Shown in pieces: positions 11,501 through 23,844 of a DNA stretch of 64,000 nucleotides. The position numbers and the translations under genes were made by a program. Numbering within the stretch: the stretch's first letter is position 1; every line of letters begins with the position of its first letter. Source of the DNA: Mobula hypostoma (lineage: Eukaryota); the NCBI RefSeq assembly GCF_963921235.1, contig NC_086097.1:157358001-157422000 (forward strand), given 5' to 3'. The notes under the pieces are model-generated. The model worked only from the letters and a program-made list of their open reading frames with translations. It was not told the DNA's origin and made no database searches.

Positions 11501-14500
11501 AAGATAGAAGCAGAATTAAGCCATTCAGCCCATTGAGTCTCCTCTGCCATTCCATCATGGCTAATCCTGGATCCCTCACAGCCCCATACACCCATCTTCT
11601 CACCATAACCTTTGATTCCCTGACCAATCAGGAAACTATCAATTTTCACTTTAAATATACCCACAGTCTTGGACTCTACAGTTGGCTGTGGCAGAACATT
11701 TCACAGATTCACTACTCTCTAACTGAAGAAAATTCCTCTTAACTCTGTTCTAAAGGGTTGTCTTCTAGTTCTGGACACCCCCACCAGAGGAAATATCCCC
11801 TCCAGATCCACCTTATCTAGTCCTTTCAACATTCCGTAGGTTTCAATGAGAATCCCCCACATTATTCCAAATTCCACAGCTGCCAAATGCTCCACATATG
11901 TTAACCCTTTCATTCCCAGAATCATCCTCATGAACCTCTTCAGGACTCTCCAACGACAGCACATCCTTTCTGAGATATAGAGCCCAAAACTGGTGACAAT
12001 ACTCCAAGTGCAGCCTGACTAGTATCTTATAAATGATCAGCAATATCTCCTTGCTTTTATATTCTATTTCCCTTGAAATAAATGCCAATATTGCATTTGC
12101 CACCTTTACCACGGACTCAACCTGTAATTTAACCTATTGGGACTCTTGCACGAGGACTCCTAAGTCCCTCTGCACTTCTGATGTTTGACTTTTCCCCCAT
12201 TTAGATAATAGGCTGCACTTTTGTTCCTTCTACCAAAATGCATTATCATACATTTCCCAACACTATATTCCATCTGCCACTTTTTTGACCATTCGTCCAA
12301 TTTGTCTAAATCCTGCTGCAATCACATTGCTTCCTCAGCACTACTTATCTCTCCACTCATCTTTGTATCAGCTGCAAACTTTGCAACAAAGCCATAAATT
12401 CCATTATCTAAATTATTGACAAACAATGTGAAAAGTAGCAGTCCCAATACTGACCCCTGAGGAACACCACTAGTCACTGGCAACCAATCAAAAACGGTCC
12501 CCTTTATTCCCACTCGTTGCCTCCTGCCAGACAGCCATTCTGCTGTCCATGCCAGTATCTTTCCTTAACAGAATAAGATTTTATCTTGTTAGGCATCCTC
12601 ATGTCAGCACCTTATCAAATGCCTTCTGAAAATCCAAGTAAATGACTTTTACTGTCTTTCTTTTGTCCACCCTGCTTGTGATTTCCTCAAAGAACTCTAA
12701 CAGATTTGTCAGGCATGATTTCCCTTCACAGAAACAATGCTGATTTTGATTTATTTCATCATCAGTCTCCAAGTACCCCCAAACCTCATCTTTAGTAATG
12801 GACTCCAACACTTGCCCAATCAATGAAGTTAGGCTAACTGCCCTATAATTTGTTTTCTTTTGCCTTCCTCCCTTCTTAAAGAGTGGAGTGACATTTGCAA
12901 TCTTACAGTCCTCCGGGACCATGCCAGAATCAAGTGATTCTTGAAAGATCATAGAAACGTAGAAACATAGAACATAGGTGCAGGAGTAGGCCATTCGGCC
13001 CTTCGAGCCTGCACCGCCATTCAGTACGATCATGGCTGATCATCCAACTCAGAACCCTATACCTGTCTTCTCTCCATACCCCCGATCCCTTTAGCAACAA
13101 GGGCCATATCTAACTCCCTCTTAAATATAGCCAATGAACTGGCCTCAACTGTTTCCTGTGGCAGAGAATTCCACAGATTCATCACTCTCTGCGTGGTGGT
13201 TTTTCCTAATCTCGGTCCTAAAAGGCTTCCCCTTTATCCTCAAACTGTGACCCCTTGTTCTGAACTTCCCCAACATCGGGAACAATCTTCCTGCATCTAG
13301 CCTGTCCAATCCCTTCAGAATTTAATATGTTTCAATCAGATCCCCCCCCTCAATCTTCTAAATTCCAGAGAGTATAAGCCTAGTCGATCCAGTCTTTCAT
13401 CATATGAAAGTCCTGCCATCCCAGGAATCAATCTGGTGAACCTTCTTTGTACTCCCTCTATGGTAAGAATGTCTTTCCTCAGATTAGGGGACCAAAACTG
13501 CACACAATACTCCAGGTGTGGTCTCACCAAGGCCTTGTAAAACTGCAGTAGTACCTCCCTGCTCCTGTACTCGAATCCTCTTGCTATGAATGCCAGCAAA
13601 CCATTCGCCTTTTTCACCGCCTGCTGTACCTGCATGCCCACTTTCAATGACTGGTGTACAATGACACCCAGGTCTCGTTGCACCTCCCCTTTTCCTAATC
13701 GGCCACCATTCAGATAATAATCTGTTTTCCTGTTCTTGCCACCAAAGTGGATAACCTCACATTTATCCACATTAAATTGCATCTACCATGAATTTGCCCA
13801 CTCACCTAACCTATTCAAGTCACCCTGCATCCTCTTAGCATCCTCCTCACAGCTAACACTGCCACCCAGCTTCGTGTCATCCGCAAACTTGGAGATGCTG
13901 CACTTAATTCCCTCATCCAAGTCATTAATATATATTGTAAACAACTGGGGTCCCAGCACTGAGCCTTGCGGTACCCCACTAGTCACTGCCTGCCATTCTG
14001 AAAAGGTCCCGTTTATTCCCACTCTTTGCTTCCTGTCTGCCAACCAATTCTCTATCCACATCAATACCATACCCCCAATACTGTGTGCTTTAAGTTTGCA
14101 CACTAATCTCCTGTGTGGGACCTTGTCAAAAGCTTTTTGAAAATCCAAATATACCACATCCACTGGTTCTCCCCTATCCACTCCACTAGTTACACCCTCA
14201 AAAAATTCTATGAGATTCGTCAGACATGATTTTCCTTTCACAAATCCATGCTGATTTTGTCCGATGATTTCACTACTTTCCAAATGTGCTGTTATCACAT
14301 CCTTGATAACTGACTCTAGCATTTTCCCCACCACCGATGTTAGGCTAACCGGTCTATAATTCCCCGGTTTCTCTCTCCCTCCTTTTTTTAAAAAGTGGGT
14401 TTACATTAGCCACCCTCCAATCCTCAGGAACTAATCCAGAATCTAAAGAGTTTTGAAAAATTATCACGAATGCATCCACTATTTCTTGGGCTACTTCCTT

Positions 14501-16895
14501 AAGCACTCTGGGATGCAGACCATCTGGCCCTGGGGATTTATCTGCCTTCAATCCCTTCAATTTACCTAACACCACTTCCCTACTAACATGTATTTCCCTC
14601 AGTTCCTCCATCTCACTAGATCCTCAGTCCCCTACTATTTCCGGAAGATTATTTATGTCCTCCTTAGTGAAGGCAGAAACAAAGTAGTTATTAAATTGGT
14701 CTGCCATGTCCTTGTTCCCCATGATCAATTCATCTGTTTCTGACTGTAAGGGACCTACATTTGTCTTAACCAATCTTTTTCTTTTCACATATCTATAAAA
14801 GCTTTTACAGTCAGTTTTTATGTTCCCTGCCAGCTTTCTCTCATAATCTTTTTTCCCTTTCCTAATTAAGCCCTTAGTCCTCCTCTGCTGGACTCTGAAT
14901 TTCTCCCAGTCCTCAGGTGTGCCGCTTTTTCTGGCTAGCTTGTATGTTTCTTCTTTGGAATTGATACTATCCCTAAGTTCCCTTGTCAGCCACGGGGGCA
15001 TTACCTTCCCTGGTTTATTCTTTTGCCAAACTGGGATGAACAATCGTTGTAGTTCATCCATGCGATCTTTAAATGCTTGCCATTGCATATCCACTGTCAA
15101 CCCTTTAAGTATCACTTGCCAGTCTATATTAGCTAATTCACGTCTCATACCTTCAAAGTTACCCTTCTTTAAGTTCAGAGCCTTTGTTCCTGAATTAACT
15201 ATATCATCATAACTAATGCATCTGCTAACTCTTCAGCAACCTTTTTCCAAAACCTTGCAAGTCGTGAATCTGGTCCAGGTGACTTACCCACCCTTATGAC
15301 CATTCAGTTTGCCTAGTACTTTTTGCTTTGTAATAGCAATGGCACTTGTTCCATTGCTATTACAAAGCAAAAAGTACTTTGTTCCTGTTCCCTGACACTC
15401 GTGGACCTCTGGCACACTGCTAGTGTCTTCCACAGTGAAGACTGATGCAAAGTACCCATTAAGTTCATCTGCCATTTCCTTGTCCCCCATTACTACCTCA
15501 TCAGCATTATTTTCCGGTGGTCCAATAACAACTCTCACCTCCCTTTTGTTCTTTATGTTACTGAAAAAAAAACTTTTAGTATCCTGCTTTTTATTATTAG
15601 CTAGTTTGCCCTCATATTTCATCTTTTCCCTTCTTGTGACCTTTTTAGTTGCCATTTGTTGGATTTCAAAAACTTCCCAATCATCCAACTTCCCACTCAC
15701 TTTGCTACCTTGTATGTCCTTCCATTGGCTTTTATGCAATTCTTAACTTACCTTGTCAGCCGCAGTTGCCTACCCCTGCGATTTGAGAACAACTTCTTCT
15801 GTGGGACGTATCTATCCTATGCCTTGTGAACTATTCCTGGAAACTTCAGCCTCCTCTACTCTGCCATTATCCCCGCCAGTATCCTCCTGAAATCTACCAG
15901 GGCAAGCTCCTCTCTCATGCCTCTATAATTCCCTTTATTCCATTTTGATACTAATACATATGACTTATGCTTCTCCTTCTCAAGTAGCAGTAAGAATTCA
16001 ATCATATTATGATCACTGCTTCTTAATGATTCCTTTACCTTAAGCTCCCTATTAAAATCTGGGTTATTACACAACACCCAATCTAAAATAGCCTTTCCTC
16101 AAGTAGGTTCATGCACAAGCTGTTCTAAAAAACCATTTTGTGGGCATTCAACAAATTTGTTTTCTTGTGATCCGACACCAAGCTGATTTTCCCAATCCCC
16201 TTGCACATCGAAGTCCCTCATTACAATAGTGACATTACTCATATTACATGCCCTTTCCAGCTTCCACTGCAATCTCAACCTCACATCTTGCATACTATTT
16301 GGAGGCCTTAATATTATTCCCATAATGGATTTTCTTTACCTTTACAGTTTCTTAACTCCACCTACAAAGATTTGACATTCTCTGACCGTATGTCACCTCT
16401 TTCTAAAGGTGCAATTCCATCTCTTACCAACAGAGCCACACAACCGCCTATGCCTTCTTGCCTGTCCTTTCAATACAAAGTATATCCTTTGATCTTAAAC
16501 TTCCAACTAGGGCCTTGTTTCAGCCATGACTCGATGATGCCCACAACATCATACCGACCAATCTGTATTTGCACGAGTTCATCCACCTTATTCTGAATAT
16601 TATGTGGATTTGAATAAGGCACCTTCAGTCTTGCATTCTTCACCTTTTCAAATTTTGCCTCTGTGCTGCCACTTACTCAGTGCTTTGTCTGCATTTGTAC
16701 CTAATCATTGGCTTGTCCTTCCTTACATTCATTTGTACCCATCATCTACTTGTAAACCTTCTGTATCATCCTCAGCCCTTTCATACTGGTTCCCATCCCC
16801 CTACCGTATTCGTTAAAACCACTCCAAACAGCTGTAGCAAACCTGCCCTAGAAGAGGTCCCAATAATCCAAAATCTGAATCCCTGCCCCCTGCTC
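11501..16895 (-). mobile_element. CR1 copy B nested in A; segments 11501-12953 and 15206-16895
   Basis: Has its own 3' end at ~11501; joining across the atcata duplication restores DALVMIFQES; flanked by caacat at 11495-11500 and 16896-16901. Confidence 0.9.
12951..15206 (-). mobile_element. CR1 copy C (relative of young subfamily 1), 5'-truncated, nested in B
   Basis: Highly similar to 1771-4027; TTTCTATG-type tail at 12951-12975; flanked by atcata at 12948-12953 and 15206-15211; several frameshifts and stops. Confidence 0.95.
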
Positions 16896-18024
16896 CAACA
16901 TCATACAAGCCAATCTCTAACCGCGTTACAAGATCATCTACTTTTTCAATATTCTGCATGTATTCAAATATAAAACCTTCAGTCCTGTATTCGTCACTCT
17001 TTTTAATTTTTCCCCCATGGTGCACTTCAACTCATCCACCAAACGCAATTTTGCCCAATCATCTGCATGTCCTTCCTCACAGTCTCACTAAGCACTGCAT
17101 CAACTTGTATACCAACTGCCCTATCATTCTGGTTCCTATCTTCCTGCCAAATTAGTTTAAACCTTCCCCAATAACTGTGGCAAACCTACCCACAAGGATA
17201 TTGGGCCCCACCCCACCCCCCGACCTCGGGTTTAGGTGTAACCCATCCTTTTTGTACAGGTTATACTTTCTACAGAAAAGATCCCAGTGATCTAGAATTC
17301 TGAAACCCTAACTCCTGCACCAAGTCCTGAGCCACACATTCATCTGCTAAGTCATCCTATTCTTCCCCTCATCCCGTGAGAAAATGTCAAATGCATCTGT
17401 GGGCACTTTTGCAATTGGAAACTCATTCTTGAGTAGTTCAAGTGAAGATTGACATGCTGTTAGTGTTCAAAAATAATCTGAAGTACTATGATGAAATAAC
17501 AGTGCAAGGAAGCTGAATTTGTTGCTTTCTTGCTACAATAAATTGAACATTTGTAGGAATGAATAGTAGCAATATGCTGTGATTTATTGTTTTTGATGTG
17601 TAACCCTTTGTCAACAACTTCATGTTAAATAGACTGCCACCTTTGTTCTGCAAGACAGAAGTAAGATGATAAAGTGATCAATAATGTATTGCTTTTATGA
17701 GTGGGTTAAAAGATGCAAATATAGGAGAAGACCGTAGAGTCAGGTGCCAAACTTAAGTGGATATTTTTGTTCCCTTGTGGTTTCCTTTACATAAGGAGTT
17801 CTGAGACTCCCATAGCTACAGTAGTTGCATCCAGAGTCTTTAAAAACCATTCATAGCTGAAAAAAATGTTCACTCACCAATGGTTTTAATTAATATCTGG
17901 ATTCTAAAACACAAAAACTCATTAAGGAAAACAAAAGATTTTTTAATACCTTTCACATCTCTTTCAAGCATCCCAAAGAGCTCTACTGTCAGTGAAGCAC
18001 TGTTGCAATGAAGACGTCCCAAAT

Positions 18025-18569
18025 TTACCTCCTGTACCTAATAAAGTGGCCACTGAAAGTATGTTTGTTGTCTTCTACAGCATTGCTCACCCACTTCAAT
18101 GTGCAACATGTTGTTTGCACAAAGATTCTCTTCAGCACATTCTGTTATATTGTGTGGTTACTTCAGTTAATGTTACCTTCCTGTCAGCTTGATTCAATCC
18201 GGCATTCTCCTCTGACCTCTCTCATTAACAAGGCATTTCACTCACAGAACTGCAACTCACTGGATGTTTTTTGTTTCTTGTGCCATTCCCTGTAAACTCT
18301 AGTGACTGCTGTGTGTGAAAATCCCAGGGGATTAGCAGTTTCTGAAATACTCAAACTACCCTGTCTGGCACCAACAAACATTTCACCATCAAAGTCACTT
18401 AGATCACATTTCTTCCCCATTCTGATATTTGGTCTAAAAAATAACTGAGCCTCTTGACCATGTCTGCATTCTTTTATTCATTGGGTCACTGCCATATGAT
18501 TGGCTGAATAGATCTTTGCATTAAGGAGCAGGTGTACACATATACCCATTAAAGTGGCCACTGAGCGTA
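18025..18569 (-). mobile_element. Non-autonomous Tc1/mariner derivative with an N-terminal transposase remnant
   Basis: ORF 18420-18238 MGKKCDLSDFD...GARQGSLSISETANPLGFSHTAVTRVYREW resembles a Tc1 HTH; TIR ...aaagtggccactgagcg+TA at 18546-18569; a second TIR copy in the same orientation at 18034-18056. Confidence 0.88.
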
Positions 18570-19029
18570 TAATTGCCAAATGGCTACGCCACATCTTGCT
18601 AGAAATTTGCACATGCACTCGGTCCTCAACTGTATAGAATGCAAGACACATCAAACACACAATGTGTATGAAGAAGTTTCTACGTGCATTATTTAGATTC
18701 TGTGAGATGCAAGAGGAAAATATCTATTCAAAGTTATATTTATCATGCCTGCATGAAATAACTTCCACAAACAGAACATACTGTTCCTTTGACAACGCTG
18801 AGGGATATTTGTTTTCGCTCTGTACTGCAGCAAGTTCAGGCAGTTAATTAGTCCATGGGAGATATGTTTCTTGCGTCCAGACATTTATATTTCCTCCATA
18901 TCTCTTTAAACCCTTATACAAATAAATCTATCAATTCCATTCATTAAAAATTAATTTGAGTTGGCAACAGCAGATCTTTGGGGCCAGAATTCTACAACCT
19001 GTTCATTGAAGAAGTCAAATAGTTTCACC

Positions 19030-19212
19030 ATCCATAGACCATAAGACCGTATGACCATTGGAGCCAAACTAGGTTGTTTGATCTGTCGAATCTTCTCCGC
19101 CATTCCATCATGGCTGATTTATTATCTCTTTCAACCTGATTCTCGTGCCTTCTCCCTGTAACCTTAGATGTCCTTACTAATCAAGAACCAATTAACCTCC
19201 ACTTTAAATATG
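19030..19212 (-). mobile_element. CR1 3' terminal fragment
   Basis: gaccataagacc tail and ccgccattccatcatggctga block as at 8945-9100. Confidence 0.75.
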
Positions 19213-19215
19213 ATT

Positions 19216-19573
19216 CTGGCCATGCCATCTTCTTGTAGCTACCATGGTGCAGGCAACATAGAAACCTGAATTCCCACACCATCAGGTTCAAGAACAGCTA
19301 CTACCCTTTCCCTTCTTGAACCAACCTGCACAACCCTAATCACTTACTCAGTGCAGCAAAAGTATGAACACTTTGCATTACTTTAAACTTCTTTGTTCTA
19401 ATCATGTCCTTTCTTGTATAATTTTGTATAACCTCCTTTTAATTGTGTTTTTTTTCTTGTGAATGTTGTGCCTCTAATGCTATGTGCCTGAGACGCTGTT
19501 TTGATCAAGATCTTCATTGCACCTATGCACAGATATATATTTGTACAACTAACAATAAACTCGACTTCGACTC
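19216..19573 (+). mobile_element. Rex1/Babar-like LINE 3' fragment
   Basis: cacaccatcaggttcaagaacagctactaccct (TIRFKNSYYP-like C-terminus) followed by aataaa and a short tandem tail. Confidence 0.6.
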
Positions 19574-20274
19574 TGAAGTGATTCCTGATTTCAGTCTTTA
19601 ATTTATCCAAATATAGGAAATGGTTTCCTTTTATTAACCTAATCAAAATCATTTTATTGTGATAAATACTTCACCTTACTTATTCCTAATTTTATAATAC
19701 TCAGGAGATTATAGAGGGAGAGTGAACTAAATTAATCTTATTTAAAAAAATTCATAAGAAATAATTAAAGGCTTTTGACTATATTTTCTGTGGGGAATAT
19801 AGCATAATGAATTAAAAATTACATTGATCCTATTTAATCTGAGAGTTTTTCACACTATTTTCTCAATAAAAATAGGTAATCTTAGCCAAAATTTAAATAA
19901 AATACAAATGCTTTAAAACAGTCCAAATGAAATTAGTTCAAATTGAAACCATTTGGATTGGCATTTACAGCAATTATATAAGTATTTAAAACTCCTGGAC
20001 AATCTATGAGGGTTTAGGTGATGTTGCTTAGTGATTTTTTATTCAAGAGCAGTATATTGGATCAGAGGCTCACAAACACCAAATGAAATACTGAATCAGA
20101 ATAATTTGAATAACATATGCACTAATTAGCCTGAAGACATAATTATTCTTCAAAAATATTCAGCACATACTATAAAATAATGCACACACAAAACAATTTG
20201 AAAAAAGAATAAAAACTAACAGAAAAGAATCTTAGGCAAGCACGGTGAGACAACAAAAGACCAAAACTTGGATC

Positions 20275-20822
20275 ATACAGACTGTAATGATGAATCAGAG
20301 TATAGGAAAGATGCACAGAGTTTAGTGACAAGGTGGCATGACAACAACCTTTTGCTCAATGTCAACAAAAGAGCTTTGACACAGCCCCAGCACATCATGG
20401 ACACTAGTTTCTCCGCCATGAATTCTTTCCATACTTCTCGCTGCCTCTGTAAAGCAGCCAGCATAACCAAAGACTCCACATATCTGGACAGTATCCATTC
20501 TCCCCGCTTACAATGGGCAGAAAATATAAAGGCCTGAATGCAAATACCACCAAACTCAAGGATAGTTTCTATCCAGCTGTCATCAGACTCTTGAAAGAAC
20601 CTCTTTTACGATAAGATGAACTCTTGACTTCACGGTCTACTGCACCATATTGTGATTGTTGTATTTTATTGCTTACATTCACAGCACTTCCTCTGTAGCT
20701 TTTATACTTTATTTTGCATTGTTTTTTTTATCTTGTTTTACCATAATACACTGCAATGATTTAACTTGTGTGAACACCAAGCAAGACAAGCTTTCCTCTG
20801 TACATTGGATCAATAAACCAAG
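20275..20822 (+). mobile_element. Rex1/Babar-like LINE fragment, internally deleted
   Basis: DESEYRKDAQSLVTRWHDNNLLLNVNK joined to RCLCKAASITKD; homologous to 57305-58297. Confidence 0.75.
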
Positions 20823-21059
20823 ACCGTAGAGTGAAAGAGCCAACCTTGCAGAAGCACATGATTGACATGTCTAGTCTGATTGCAGTCAATTATTGACCAG
20901 AGAATTGCCAGCTTTGAAAGAATTCCCCCTGCTTCCCCATATTTAATTGGTGACACTTGATGACATCCACAAAGTGACATGACTTTACATAGTAAATTAT
21001 CTCAAGCAATCTAAAAGGAAAGTTAAAAATCAAAATTTGACACAAAACCATTTAAGATA

Positions 21060-21480
21060 CCATGAAATAAAGCAAATAAATATTCATGGGTGAGTCAGTT
21101 TTTGTGGAGAAAGAAACAGTGACAATGTTATTTCACCGATCTTTCATCAGAACAGGGAGAATTTAGAGATAGGGCAAGTTTTAAGTTGCAGCGAAAGGCA
21201 GAGTAGAGAGAAAAAGTTCTCTGAAGGCAAAGGGTAGGAGAGAGACAATAACGACAGGGAGATTTAAATAGATGGAGGCAAATGGAATTTTAAATTAGCA
21301 GAAGAGGTTTAAAACTGTTCTGGATTTGTGAGATTTAATGAAGTGGATGGTGATGATGTAAAAAAAATCATCAATCTGAAATATTAACTCCATATTTCTC
21401 AACAAAAAGCTACTTGTTCTGCTAAGCAGTTTCAAGAGATTTTTTATTTATTTCAGATTGCCAGCATCTGTGATAATTTG
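21060..21480. mobile_element. Old PLE-terminus fold-back remnant
   Basis: Left end gtggagaaagaaacag...tttcatcagaac (reverse complement contains CTGATGA); right end ...tgaaatattaactc...tttcagattgccagcatctg in the opposite orientation. Confidence 0.5.
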
Positions 21481-22879
21481 CATGAAGTGATAATCTGGCA
21501 GATGATCAAAAGCTTGATCAAAGTGATTTTAACAAGGATTTTAAAGTTTGTAACTTTCAGGAAAGGAATCCAGATTTCAGAGTCATGGCAGCTGCAAGCA
21601 GACTACCAATAATATACCTGAAATGGAGGGGGTTTGGGATTCCCAGATTGTTAAATGGCTGAAACAGTTTACCAGGACTTTGAGAGGACAAGTACGCAGA
21701 GAGATTTGAAAACAAGGATTAAAAGTTTGTAATTGACCAATTCAGGCATTAGAAGGGTCAGTAAGCAAAAAAAAATGATGTGTGTCATTGACTTGAAGCA
21801 TGTTAAGACAAGGAATACATCAAATTATTGCTTGACAGTGCTTAATATGCTATAGTGTATTGGATGCACATTCAATTCCATTTTTAAAATAAAGTTTTGT
21901 AAAGGCAAAAGAACCATATCAATGAAAATATTCCTATGTGTCTCCTACTCACATCTGGTTAAAATTACGAGAAATGTGCTTGATATCTTGGCAAAGTGCT
22001 ATCGACTACTGTGCCCTTTATTCACCATTAAATCTTTGAAAGCTTTTACACTTTGCTGGACTTTAAACTGAAAGATAAATTGGCTAGGTTGAAGAACATG
22101 GTATGTGATTTGATCCAATACTTTTCCCCAAAATAAAAGATTTGAAAGTGACAGCAAAGTGGCAAGGCACTTTAGTGTAATTGTGGTTCACTGAGTGGCA
22201 ATCTGCCTGCACCTGCTTTTGTGAATTGAGTCATGTTTGCAGTATTACCTGGTACTGTCAACAAACAACAGCTTTCATGGCTTAACATCTGTTCTTGAGG
22301 CAGTGATGAAGTTGTCTCTATATGAATCACAACAATCAAGCTTCAGATATTCTTGCTCGCAGCTTTCGCAATGCAGACTCTCACAGTGAAATTCATTAGC
22401 TGTGACTTAGTAACCCAAAATTCCAGTAACTACCCATTCTGCAGGCTGTGAACCCCCTGACAAAGTAAAGGAACTGTCTCTGTGATTGGCTGGGACTGGT
22501 TACTGATGTTTGTAACAGATCTGTGTCAACTCTAACTCCCTGATCTAACTTAGTGATACTGTACATATTCACCTACAAGATAGTCGAAGATCCTCTCAGG
22601 TGCAGCAGGAACTGGCTGCACAATTGCAACTCATTAAATTCACTGATGGACATCAAGCCTTCAGAAAAAAAATGATCAAAACATGAAAATATTTTGAGAT
22701 TTATTGCATTTGAGTAGACTTTAGAGGATTTCAATAACCCTCTCAGAGGGTTATTAAGATTTTCAGCTTAATGAAGTTAGAGTGAAGCATTGTGATGAGG
22801 TCACATTGTAGGTTTATGAGTTACTAATAGGTCCTTCCAACTACTACAGAAATTACCTGCAATATTGATCAAGTAATAT

Positions 22880-23605
22880 TATTTGAATTATTGTTTTATT
22901 ATTGGCACATGTACTGAGATACGGTGGAAAACTTTGTTTTGCATACCATCCATACAGATCATTTCAAAACGTAAGGACATTGAGGGAGTACAAAGGGAAA
23001 AGCAATTATTCAATGCAGAATATAGTGTTGCAATTACCATCACATTAAATGTGCTGTGCAGATCGACAAATAAGGTCCAAGGATCATGATAAGGTAGATT
23101 GAAAGATCAAGGGTTCAACTTACATTGTGCAAGACATCCATTCGGGAGACATGTAACAGTGCCTCTGAAGCTGTCCTTGAGTCGGATGGTGTGTATTTTC
23201 AAACATTTGTATGTTGCGCAGTAGAAGAAGGGAGAAGAGAGAATGATCATGGTAGCAGGGGTCTTTGATTATGGTGTTCAGTTTCCTTGGGTAGCAGGAA
23301 GTGTAAACAGAATCAGTGGAGGAGAGGCTGGTTTTTATGATGCACGAAGCCATGTCCTCAATCTCTGAAAATTCATGCAGTATTGGGCAAGTTTGTTGCC
23401 ATACTAAGTTATAACATATCCAGATATCTTACCTTGTATGATGTATTTATAAAATTTGCTCTTAGTCATTGGGGACATGCTGAATTTCCTATGAAGTTGA
23501 GGGAATGATGCGCTTACTTAGCCATAACATGAATGTGGCTCAAGCAGGACAAGCTACAATATCAGTGATATTTACACCTTTAGATCTTGAAGTTCTCAAC
23601 CATCC
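22880..23605 (-). mobile_element. Rex1/Babar-like LINE 3' fragment
   Basis: Reverse frames give IIKDPCYHDHSLFSLL and related degraded RT C-terminal text; 3' UTR with aataaa. Confidence 0.7.
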
Positions 23606-23844
23606 TACGGCCTTGTCTCTAATAGTAAATCTGATACATTCACTATGAGTAGAGCAAAATATCTAACAGACAATTATCCATCCTATAGCCAATCATGCAC
23701 TTTGAGTACCTAAGTATACATTATGCACCTAAACTTTGCCATGTATTTTTGTAGCAAGAATTTTAGAGATATATTTCATGCAGAATTAATGCTCTTCATT
23801 GTATTGTTGGAACAAGTTATTTTTCCTTTGGTTTTGATTGAGGC

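Larger units (their letters stand above)
8941..17372 (-). mobile_element. CR1 copy A (outer, oldest); segments 8941-11500 and 16896-17372
   Basis: Degraded RT and endonuclease frames; joining across the caacat duplication restores VDDLVTRLEIGLYDVVAI; 5'-truncated within ORF1. Confidence 0.9.

Noticed and set aside
8942..17381. ccgtgaga at both ends of the CR1 nest as a TSD
   Set aside because: The left copy is equally explained as a decayed gaccataagac tail; possible but not supportable.
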